Assembly: GCA_963808625.1 (NCBI GenBank)
Contig: CAWEHK010000043.1
Location: forward strand, 32,001 to 96,000
DNA from: an uncultured delta proteobacterium
GTDB taxonomy: Bacteria > Desulfobacterota > Syntrophobacteria > Syntrophobacterales > Syntrophobacteraceae
Direction: 5' to 3'
DNA length: 64,000 nt
Part shown: in pieces, positions 45,010 through 57,554 of the stretch
Position numbering within the stretch: position 1 is the first letter of the stretch
Layout of the letters: each line of letters opens with the position of its first letter
Notes under the pieces: generated by a model
Told to the model about the DNA's origin: nothing
Databases searched by the model: none
What the model saw: the letters and a program-made list of their open reading frames with translations, nothing else
Program-made: the position numbers and the translations under genes

Positions 45010-46088
45010 TCAGCACCCAGCACTTCTCCCCCGATACAAACAAAGCGGCTCTTCCGCAAGGTAGTCGCCCGTGCTTTCATAAGCCCTGGCGCGGCAGCCG
45101 CCGCACACCTTCACATACTCGCACCCGCCGCACTTGCCCTCGATAGTTGCCAAAATCCCTCAGGTCCTTGAAGATGGCGCGAATTGTCCCAGATTTCGCG
45201 GAAGGATTGTTCGCGGATATTGCCGCAGTTCAGCTCCAGGTAGCCGCAGGGCTGCACCTGTCCGACGTGGGAGATGAAGGCAAAGCCGACTCCTCCCAGG
45301 CAGCCGCGGGTCATGGCATCGAGGCCGAAGGTCTTGAAGCTGACCTCGCGCCCCTCTGATTTGGCGCGCTGCCGCAGGATGCGGTAGTAGTGGGGGGCGC
45401 AGGTGGCCTTCAACTGCAGCGGCGCCCGGTCTCTCTGTTCGTAGAACCAGTGCAGCGTTTGTTCATACTGTTCGGCATCGATGCCCTGTTCCGCCAGGTC
45501 TTTGCCGCGGCCCATGGGAACGAGCAGGAAAATGTGGTGGGCCACGGCGCCGAGCGAAACCGCCAGTTCCTGAACGGCGGAGAGCTCATGGAGGTTTTGC
45601 CGGGTGATGGTGGTGTTGATCTGGAAATCCAGGCCCGCCTCCCTGGCGCACTGCACGCCGCGAAGCGCTCCCTCGAAGGCCCCCGGCACCCGGCGGAAGG
45701 CATCGTGCGAGGCGGCGGTGGCGCCATCCAGGCTGATGCTGATCCGCTGAATTCCCGCTTCCTGCATCTTTCGGACGTTCTCACCGGTGAGCAGGGTCCC
45801 GTTCACGGCCATGGTCATGCGGAAGCCCTTCGCGGTCCCGTAGGCGGCAATGTCGAAGATATCCGGGCGCAGGAGGGGCTCGCCGCCGGTCAGGATGACG
45901 ATCGGGCTGGCAAAGGTTTGGATGTCGTCCAGGAGCTTGAAGCATTCCGCCGTCGTCAGCTCATTCTCATAAGGGCGGTCCAGCGCCGCGGCGCGGCAAT
46001 GGATGCAGGCCAGGTTGCAGGTGCGCGTCACTTCCCATGCCACCAGGCGCAAATTCGCACCAGTTCCGCTTTTATGCTCTCTTTCCAT
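45010..46088 (-). CDS. ahbD: Heme b synthase, radical SAM (frameshifted near 3' end)
   Basis: [41 protein letters not shown] tail [17 protein letters not shown] in a shifted frame. Confidence 0.9.
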
Positions 46089-46100
46089 GCCCTTCCTCGC

Positions 46101-47075
<975 letters not shown>

Positions 47076-47216
47076 GGGGCACACCCTCTCTTTCGCTTTA
47101 GGGGAGTCAAATCCACACCGCAGAGGCGCAGAGAACGCAGAGAAAAGCTTCCGATCCTCTCTGCGCCCTCTGCGTCTCTGCGGTGGAAACTGAAGATTTC
47201 AAGCCAATCATGATAA

Positions 47217-48395
47217 TCAGGCTATTTCTTCATCCGTAAGGTAGCATGCCGGGTCCGGGCTCCACAGGTCTCCGGTGGCGGCTTCCGCCCGCACCCGGAA
47301 ATTTCCCCCGCAAACGTCCAACCAATGGCAGCGGCTACAGCGGCCTTTCACATGCAGTTTCTTATCCTTGAGCTCCTTCATCAGGGGATTGGAAAGGTCC
47401 GTCCAGATCTCGCCGAACGGCCGCTCCCTGACGTTGCCGAAGCTGTAGTGGCGCCAGAACTGATCGGCGTGGACGCTGCCGTCCCAACTGATGCAGCCGA
47501 TGCCGCGCCCGGAGTTGTTGCCCTCGTTCATTTGCAGGAGTTCGAGGACATCGGCAGCCCGGAGCGACCCTTCCCTGAGCATCCGGAGGTAGAGGTAGGG
47601 TCCGTCGGCATGGTTGTCGACGGTCAAGACCTCCTTCGGCTTGCCGCGCCGATGAAGGTCGGCGGTGCGGTCGATAATGAGGTCCACGGCCGCCCGCGTT
47701 TCTTCGTGCGAGAGATCTTCGTCCATGAGCCTGCTGCCTCTTCCCGCATAAACCAGGTGATAGAAGCAGACCCGGGGAATGTCGCGGGCCTCCAGGAGGT
47801 CAAAAATTGCGGGTATTTCCCGAAAGTTGAGGCGATTCATGGTAAACCGCAGGCCCACCTTGATTCCCGCTTCCTGGCAGGCGGCGATGCCGTCGAGCGC
47901 CTTGCGGAAGGCCCCCCTCACTCCCCGAAACCGATCGTTCACCGCCTCCATGCCATCGAGGCTGATGCCCACATAGGACAGCCCGATCTGTTTGAGCTGC
48001 TGCGCCGCGGCCGGAGTGATCAGGGTGCCGTTGGTGGAAATGACGGCGCGCATCCCTTGTTCAACGGCATGAGAGGCAAGTTCCATGAGGTCGGGACGCA
48101 TCAGCGGTTCGCCCCCGGAAAACAGCACCACCGGGCAGCCGAACTCCGCCAGATTGTCAAGGACGCGCTTTCCCTCGACGGTCGACAGTTCGTCGGGAAA
48201 GTCCTCGTCCCTGGCATGGGCATAACAGTGAACGCATTTGAGGTTGCACCGCCTGGTCATGTTCCACACGACCACCGGTTTCTTGTCCCGGGAAAATTGG
48301 AGGAGATGCGACGGGAGATGCCCGCTTTCGCGCCCGTAGCGCAAGGCATCGGAAGGTTCGACAGTACCGCAATAAAGCTTTGAAATGCCGATCAT
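47217..48395 (-). CDS. ahbC: 12,18-didecarboxysiroheme deacetylase, radical SAM
   Basis: MIGISKLYCG, KPVVVWNMTRRCNLKCVHCY, LTVDNHADG, DPACYL. Confidence 0.92.
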   Translation of the reverse strand: MIGISKLYCGTVEPSDALRYGRESGHLPSHLLQFSRDKKPVVVWNMTRRCNLKCVHCYAHARDEDFPDELSTVEGKRVLDNLAEFGCPVVLFSGGEPLMRPDLMELASHAVEQGMRAVISTNGTLITPAAAQQLKQIGLSYVGISLDGMEAVNDRFRGVRGAFRKALDGIAACQEAGIKVGLRFTMNRLNFREIPAIFDLLEARDIPRVCFYHLVYAGRGSRLMDEDLSHEETRAAVDLIIDRTADLHRRGKPKEVLTVDNHADGPYLYLRMLREGSLRAADVLELLQMNEGNNSGRGIGCISWDGSVHADQFWRHYSFGNVRERPFGEIWTDLSNPLMKELKDKKLHVKGRCSRCHWLDVCGGNFRVRAEAATGDLWSPDPACYLTDEEIA

Positions 48396-48400
48396 GATTG

Positions 48401-50197
48401 TTATTCCCGAGGGTATGTCTTTTCTCTTTGCCCGATGGCATCGAGGGGATAGTTGCGATAGTTTTCGCGGATCAGCTCATCCAGGTAGATGCTCGGCTGA
48501 AGGATGGCTCTTCTTGGCAGGGTAAACTCCGTTTGGCCGCTGCGGTCGGCAATGAGCTTGAAACCGTAATCGAAGTCCCGGGAAACGCCGAGGCACACGG
48601 CCGTGGCCGAGGAATCCCGCTGCAGCGCCTCCTCGATGATTTGGTTAATCGCTTCCTCATCGAAATGAATTCTGAAGTGGTAATTCTCGAAGAAATCCGA
48701 TTCGAACACCCGGATTTGATTGTAGAGCATAACCATCTCATCCATGACGGCATCGACGGTGAGGCCGATCCGCAATTGCTGCTCGACGGCCAGTTCAATC
48801 CTTTCCGGGGAAAATATCTGGGGAAACTGGAGAAGGTAGCGATCTCCCTCGGTCATCACCTGCTCTCGCGCAACCGCTTTTTCCTTCTCGATGAACTGGA
48901 GATAGGCCTGCAGACGCTCAGGATCATGAGGATTGCCAAGAATCCGGTCCAATTCGCCAAGAGGATCGAGCACCACCTCGCTGGTCACCACCAGACAGCG
49001 GACGGTGGAGCTGGGGAGGTTCTTTTCGTAGGGCAGGAGCACTCGTTCCAGGACACTCACCAGCCCCCGTGCTCCCGTTTTTTCCTCGTAGGCCATCTCG
49101 GCAAGAAGACGCAGGGCATCGTCCTGGAACTTGATGTCGATCCCGTAGCTGCGAAAATCCTCTTTTTTGCCGACAATGATGGGATTGTTCGGGTTTTTCA
49201 GGATTTCATGAAGGTCCTCGACCTCGAGGGGCTCGAGGACGGCCACAACCGGCAGGCGGCCGACAAACTCGCTCTCGAAACCATACTCGATCATGTCCTC
49301 CGCTTTGACATGCCGGGCGAATTTGTGGTCGTCTTCTTTGCTCTGAATCTGCGCGCCAAAGCCAACCCCCTGCTGCTGCATCCGTTTCTTGACGATTGGC
49401 GCAAGATCGTTGAAGGCCCCGCTCATGATGAACAGGATATTCCTGGTGTTGATGGTGCGTTTTTCCCGTTTCCCGGTCTTGCGATATTGTTCGATGGCCT
49501 GGATCTGGGAAATGGGATCATGGGGCACCCTGAGATCGACCTCGGTCTCTTCCATCGGTTTAAGAAGCGCCCGCTGCACCCCGGTTCGTGACACATCCGG
49601 ACCGATGAGGTGCCGGGAGGAAGCGATCTTATCGACTTCATCGAGGTAGATGATACCCTGCTCAGCCAGCTCCAGGTCATCGTCGGCCTCGACCAGCAAC
49701 TGCCTGACAAGGTCCTCCACATCGCCGCCCACGTAACCCGTTTCACTGAACTTGGTGGCATCGCCTTTTACGAACGGCACTCCAAGCCTCTTGGCAATCA
49801 ATTTGACGAGATAGGTCTTCCCCACCCCCGTTGGTCCGATCAGCAGGACATTGTTCTTGATCCGCCCGACAATTTCCCCGCCCCTGGCCCGCGGCTTCCG
49901 GCGCTGATATTTGATGCGATTGTAGTGCGTGCAGATCTTGGTCGCCAGCACCGCTTTCGCTTCCGACTGCTTGATCACGTATTGATCGAGGTAGCTTTCC
50001 AGTTCCTGGGGTTTGAGGTCAAACTTGATCTTCTCGACGCCACTGGCTTTCTTTTGCTCGTGGGGAGTGTCTTTCGCCTGCGGCATCATCATGGGAGCAA
50101 CCACCTTGATCCGATATCCGTACTTCTTGGAGAGGTATTCACTCAGTTCCTTTTCCAGCTCTTCCTGATCGGGTAGGGTCGGGACATCATCCGGCAT
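48401..50197 (-). CDS. ClpX-like AAA+ ATPase (no N-terminal zinc finger, extended C-terminus)
   Basis: GPTGVGKT, DATKFSETGYVGGDVE, YLDEVDKI, GVQRALLK, EFVGRLP, TGARGL. Confidence 0.85.
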   Translation of the reverse strand: MPDDVPTLPDQEELEKELSEYLSKKYGYRIKVVAPMMMPQAKDTPHEQKKASGVEKIKFDLKPQELESYLDQYVIKQSEAKAVLATKICTHYNRIKYQRRKPRARGGEIVGRIKNNVLLIGPTGVGKTYLVKLIAKRLGVPFVKGDATKFSETGYVGGDVEDLVRQLLVEADDDLELAEQGIIYLDEVDKIASSRHLIGPDVSRTGVQRALLKPMEETEVDLRVPHDPISQIQAIEQYRKTGKREKRTINTRNILFIMSGAFNDLAPIVKKRMQQQGVGFGAQIQSKEDDHKFARHVKAEDMIEYGFESEFVGRLPVVAVLEPLEVEDLHEILKNPNNPIIVGKKEDFRSYGIDIKFQDDALRLLAEMAYEEKTGARGLVSVLERVLLPYEKNLPSSTVRCLVVTSEVVLDPLGELDRILGNPHDPERLQAYLQFIEKEKAVAREQVMTEGDRYLLQFPQIFSPERIELAVEQQLRIGLTVDAVMDEMVMLYNQIRVFESDFFENYHFRIHFDEEAINQIIEEALQRDSSATAVCLGVSRDFDYGFKLIADRSGQTEFTLPRRAILQPSIYLDELIRENYRNYPLDAIGQREKTYPRE

Positions 50198-50979
50198 CTA
50201 AATATCCTGAAACCTTTTCCGCATGGTTAATGCCACATCTTACGCACCATTCTTCATCTGCCGGTGAATATAAACTCTTGCCACAGGCATTTCAACCATC
50301 CCTCCCCTCTCTCCGTGTCTCCCCATCCCCCATCTGCATCAAGCTGAGAGGCTGTCTGAAAATTCCCCTTAAAGCTGGTTCCCAAGCTCCGGCTTGGGAA
50401 CCCACCTGTTTGGAAGCTCCAGCTTCGTCGGACTAGTGGATGCCACGTGATATAAGAGGCACGGGAAGCTGGAGCTTCCGTGCCTGCGTTCCCAAGCTGG
50501 AGCTTGGGAACGAGCGAAAGAGCGAGAGCATGGGAACGAGCGAGAGCTTGGGAAAGAGCGAGTCCCCCTTTTTCAAGGTTGGGTCGGGGGAATTCTCCTT
50601 CGAGTTTTGCGCAAAATTTGAATTTTCAGACAACCTCTGATTGGTCTCACTGCTTAATGGAAAAGATGAATATCGAATATCGAAGAAGGAATTTCGAATT
50701 ATGAAGTTTTCTGCTGTCTTGCCGGGCTTTGAAGGATTCTGCCATTCTCAAATCTCGAATGACAAAACAAAGCAACCTCTTGTCAAGACCAAAGTCCTTA
50801 TTTTCCTTCGATATTCTTCGGTTCCTTGTTCGATATTCGATATTCGCTCAGCAGCTTCTCCCATCCTATCGCTCGTGAGTGACATTTCCTCCCATCCCGG
50901 ACTTGACGGATGGTTCGACCGAAGCGATCATATAGCCTCATGATCCAGTCACCCAGTTATCGAGAAAAGGAAAGATACG

Positions 50980-51597
50980 ATGCCAAACACCGACAAACCA
51001 GGTCTCCTTCTGAGCGTGGAGAGCGATGGTCTCGCCAGCTTCTTCTACCTGCTTCAAAGTGGGTTTGGGTCCCAGATCCGCGTCGGGCAGAATGTCGAAA
51101 CCACCCTCACCCGGGAATTTGGGCTGGATGCGGGCCTCATCGAGAAAATCCAGACCGTTTTTCTGGACGGCAAGGCGGTTGATGATCTTGCCGCTTCAGT
51201 GGTCCGGGAGGGCTCCATCCTGGCGCTTTCCGCAGCCATGCCCGGCCTCGTTGGGGCGACGCTGCGAAGAGGCGGCTACTATGCGGCAATGCGCTCCCAG
51301 ATCACCGCTGTCGAGACGCATGACACGGCAGTCGTCAAGGATGGCATGGTCAGGGTCAAGGTTTTTAATATCCTGCTCAAGGAGCTGGCGCCGATTTTTC
51401 TGAGGAAAGGGATTTGGATTGAAAAGAAGGTGTTGCGGGATTTTCTTGCCGCCCAGCCGCAGAGCTTCTGGTCGGGCTGCAAGGAAGCCCGTATTAACGG
51501 GGCCGAGGTAGCACCCGAAGCGGTGGTCAACTGGCCATGGCCGGACGAGGATGAGCACATTCGCCTGGCGGTGGAAGCAAGTGATCCCGAGGCCTGA
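50980..51597 (+). CDS. Hypothetical protein
   Basis: 205-aa ORF with RBS. Contains LALSAAMPGLVGATLRRGG. Confidence 0.7.
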   Translation: MPNTDKPGLLLSVESDGLASFFYLLQSGFGSQIRVGQNVETTLTREFGLDAGLIEKIQTVFLDGKAVDDLAASVVREGSILALSAAMPGLVGATLRRGGYYAAMRSQITAVETHDTAVVKDGMVRVKVFNILLKELAPIFLRKGIWIEKKVLRDFLAAQPQSFWSGCKEARINGAEVAPEAVVNWPWPDEDEHIRLAVEASDPEA

Positions 51598-52270
51598 AGC
51601 GCTGCGAGCAACGTCCGTGGGTCAGGGATTGAGGACGCTGCGAAAATTGCAGGGCAGGGTGTAAGAGGCTGTCTGAAAATTCAATTTTTGCGCAAAACTC
51701 GAAGGAAGAATCCCTCCGACCCACCTTTAAAAAGGGGGAGCTCGTTCGCTCGTTCCCGCTCGTTCGCTCGTTCGCTCGTTCCCAAGCTCCAGCTTCACTC
51801 GTTTCGCTCGTTCCCAAGCTCTGCTTCGCTCGTTCGCTCGTTCCCAAGCTCCAGCTTGGGAACGCAGGCACGGAAGCTCCAGCTTCCTGTGCGTCTTGAG
51901 TATCAGATGGTATCCACAAGTCCGACGAAGCTGGAGCTTCCAAGGAGGTGGGTTCCCAAGCCAGAGCTTGGGAACCAGCTTTAGGGGGAATTTTCAGACA
52001 GTCTCTAAGAACCGCAAGAGGCAGGCCGAGGAAGGGGACTTTGCCTGGTTCGGGAAAGCCTCAGGGCTTTGGCGATCAAGCTGCCTGCTCGTACCGTGAG
52101 ATTTGCCTGCTGCCTTCCTGATGATTAAGTTCAATTTGTCTCACCAGTGGGGGGAGATGACAGGGGCCGGGCTCGGCCCCGAAAAAAAGAAAACGTCCAG
52201 CCGATTGACTTTCATAGCCTCAAGACGCTAGGATTTACCCCTTAACGTAATCGGAAGGGAGGTAATTCAA

Positions 52271-52618
52271 GTGGGACCCGAACATCATCTCCCAATTTTT
52301 GGATCCACCGACTGCGGTTGCTGTGAGACCGGCGATCTGACCAGGGAAGAGAGCGGTCAAATCTATGGGTGCCACGAAAAGAGCACCGTTCTCACGCACC
52401 GGGAAGAAGAGGTCCTCAAGCGCATCAGGGAACTCGGTCTCGAAGCCAAAGCGCTCAGGGCCGAGCTGAAGCGCCTCGAGGAAGCAGAACCCGTTGATTT
52501 GCAGGCCAAACAAAGGGTCATGGAAGAACTGGAGAGCTTGCGCCGGATGCGTTCCGCCCTGGATTCGGAGCGGATCGCCGCCGCCGATGAGCGGATGCGC
52601 CTGTTAGGGCATGCTTAG
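52271..52618 (+). CDS. Hypothetical coiled-coil protein
   Basis: GTG start after GGAGG. Cys-containing N-terminus, helical C-terminus. Confidence 0.65.
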   Translation: MGPEHHLPIFGSTDCGCCETGDLTREESGQIYGCHEKSTVLTHREEEVLKRIRELGLEAKALRAELKRLEEAEPVDLQAKQRVMEELESLRRMRSALDSERIAAADERMRLLGHA

Positions 52619-52980
52619 GAAAAGGGATAATCCAGGGACGGGTAAATCATCCTTGTTGAACTCCACAAAAACCCGGCGGGCTGAGTTCTCCGGGTTTTTT
52701 CATTGCTCCCCGGCACGACACCCACCCGCCAGAAAATCACCAGGCGATATTGGTGGGCAAGATGAAGCCTTGCCCACCCTACCGTGCTACTGTATTTGAA
52801 GCCAAGGGTGGGCTTCCGCTGACGTGTGCCGTCCAGATCAAACCATGGAGGGTGGGCACGTCTTCTTGTGCCCACGGAAACCGCGCATGAACTTAAGCTG
52901 GCATGTGCCGGCCAGGTCAAGCCTGACCGGGCAGATGACCATCTGCCGCACATGACGAGCAATTCCGGGAGGAACGTAAC

Positions 52981-55236
<2,256 letters not shown>

Positions 55237-55990
55237 GCAACTGTCTCAAGTTGAATGCCCTGAAAGGGCTTCATAAAATAGCCCAGGGTCAGCAACAGCG
55301 CCACCCTGGGAGGGGAAGCCCAAATCTTTTCTTTACCCTGAAAGGGTTACATAAATCGTTGTACCGCTATGTTTTATGCAACCCCTTCAGGGTAGATAGT
55401 CGTGTTGTACCTGGCTCCCCAGGGTGGCGCTAGCGCTGACCCTGGGCTAATTTATCGAGCCCCTTCAGGGCAGTAAAGCTGGCTTGATGCATATGGGGTA
55501 AATCCCTCCCCTGCAGTCCGAACTCAAACATGTGCAGTTTCCGGATGAACACTGGTTAAGAACGGGCCGTGGTTCGCCGGCGAGCACACAGCGCGGCCTC
55601 AACCGGAACCAAAAACGCTTCACCACGAAGGACACGAAGACCGCGAAGAAATCTTCATAAACGTTGTCATCACCCTCGTTATGGTCTTCATTTTCTTCGT
55701 GCTCTTCGTGCTCTTCGTGGTAGATTTTTGCTGCCCTGGCGGAAGTCTGCCGGATGGTGTGCGGTGAAAAATATTTGCCCCGATTTGAAGCAATCAAGCG
55801 GGCAATTCTTCGCTTGCATTTGTGAATTTACTCGCTATAGTAATGCGGCGTGTAGAGAGCGGTTCGATATTCAAAGTTATTTGGGAAGTCGGTCTTTCGC
55901 CTGAATGAAACGGTTCCAAAATAGCTTCGAAGTAGCGCACCACCATTACCCAACAAAATTACCCAACAAAATTAAAAGAGGATCTACAAA

Positions 55991-56192
55991 ATGGCGGAAG
56001 GTCGAGTGAAGTGGTTTAATGACAGCAAGGGCTATGGTTTTATCCAGACCGACAGCGGCAAGGATGTTTTTGTGCATCACAGCGCCATCGAAGGGGAAGG
56101 ATTCAAGTCGCTGAGCGAGGGCGACCGGGTCAGCTTCGTCGAGGAAAAAGGCACCAAAGGGACCGCAGGCAACTAAGGTGAGAAAACTCTAA
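55991..56192 (+). CDS. Cold-shock protein (frameshift near 56160)
   Basis: [29 protein letters not shown]. Confidence 0.93.
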
Positions 56193-56227
56193 CCAGCACC
56201 AGGCTGATGAAGTTTAGGATTTGCGGG

Positions 56228-56266
56228 GAAGCCGGAGCGTGAAAAGCTCCGGCTTTTCTATTTTCG
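56228..56266 (+). terminator. Intrinsic terminator after the csp gene
   Basis: AAGCCGGAGC-gtgaaaa-GCTCCGGCTT followed by a T-rich tract. Confidence 0.75.
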
Positions 56267-56356
56267 GTTTCGCCCTGGGGAGCAAGATTTTGCGCTGATT
56301 GCTTGTTGCCTCAGAAGCGACGCTCATTCCTGCCGCACCGGCAGGCCCGGCGGCTA

Positions 56357-56677
56357 TCACCCCTGGTAGATGCCGCTGACGACATCGGCGATCTCACATT
56401 CGAGATCATGTTCTTTGAGCAGGCGAACGATCTCGTGCAACTGGCCGGGATGATTCATGGCCACTTCGAGGTCGCCGGCCGCGTCGAGCACCGGGAACCG
56501 GTTCTCCCCGAGCACCCGCACCGCTTCCTCGAGCTTGTCAACCAACAGGCCCAGCACCGAGTATTCGGCCATGTAAGAAATCGGCAACGGCCGGGCCAGC
56601 CGACAACACGCCTCGGGTTGCCCCCGGTCCTTGCCTGATCTCGTCTTCTCTTTCGCCAGTATGGGTAGCTTCCACAT
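56357..56677 (-). CDS. Hypothetical protein
   Basis: 106-aa ORF ending EIADVVSGIYQG. Confidence 0.6.
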   Translation of the reverse strand: MWKLPILAKEKTRSGKDRGQPEACCRLARPLPISYMAEYSVLGLLVDKLEEAVRVLGENRFPVLDAAGDLEVAMNHPGQLHEIVRLLKEHDLECEIADVVSGIYQG

Positions 56678-56751
56678 CTTGTGTTGTCCGCTGGTTAGAT
56701 ATGGTAATTGGTTTTGTATACATGGATTTTGTCAGCTGAGTCAAACGCGAA

Positions 56752-57218
56752 ACGCGGCGCAGGGTGTAATCAGAAGTGGGAGTAACCTTCGTCCCGAATG
56801 CCTGCTGCTGAGCCACATCGTCATTCCGGCATTCTTCTAGCCGGAATCCAGGACTGTTTAACCACTGCAGATGTACTCCTGGATTCCGGCTTAAAGCGTG
56901 CCGGAATGACGATTTGCGTATGTCCAAAGCTATTATTGTTGCGTTCAGATCTGTCACAACTCTCACTTCTAATTGCACCCACGCGGCGCAGGGTGTAATC
57001 AGAAGTGGGAGTAACCTTCGTCCCGAATGCCTGCTGCTGAGCCACTATCGTCATTCCGGCATTCTTTAGCCGGAATCCAGGGCTGCATAACCACTGCCCA
57101 TCTACTCCTGGATTCCGGCTTAAAGCGTGCCGGAATGACGATTTGCGTATGTCCAAAGCTATTATTGTTGCTTTCAGTAATGTCACAACTCTGACTTCCA
57201 TTCACACCCACGCGGCGC
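56752..57218. mobile_element. Two tandem ~229-bp MITE-like elements
   Basis: ~22-bp imperfect TIRs (GGGTGTAATCAGAAGTGGGAGT) and a central GTCATTCCGGC...GCCGGAATGAC palindrome. ACGCGGCGC recurs at 56752, 56981 and 57210. Confidence 0.8.
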
Positions 57219-57554
57219 CCGGATTCGCCGCTGGCACCTGGGGCCGAATCGTGGCTCAAAACGGGCCGCCGGTGTCCGGCGCGATATGCTGCATTTGTCC
57301 TTCTGAGAAGGACGAAAAGGATAAATTGCATCCCTGTGAGAAGGATAAATTGCGTCGCCTCATGCGGCAGAAAATCTCCGAAGCGGCAGACTGGCTTCAA
57401 GGGCGTACCCCAGGTCCCTGGTAATGATAACAGCACCGACCAGAGGGGGACACCCCCTCTGGACTCCCCCGCGTCTCCTCGGACATCCCGCGTGCTCATG
57501 GGGCCACTCCCGGAGCCGAACATCAGAGTTTCAGAGACCCAGAGTCCAGAGTTT

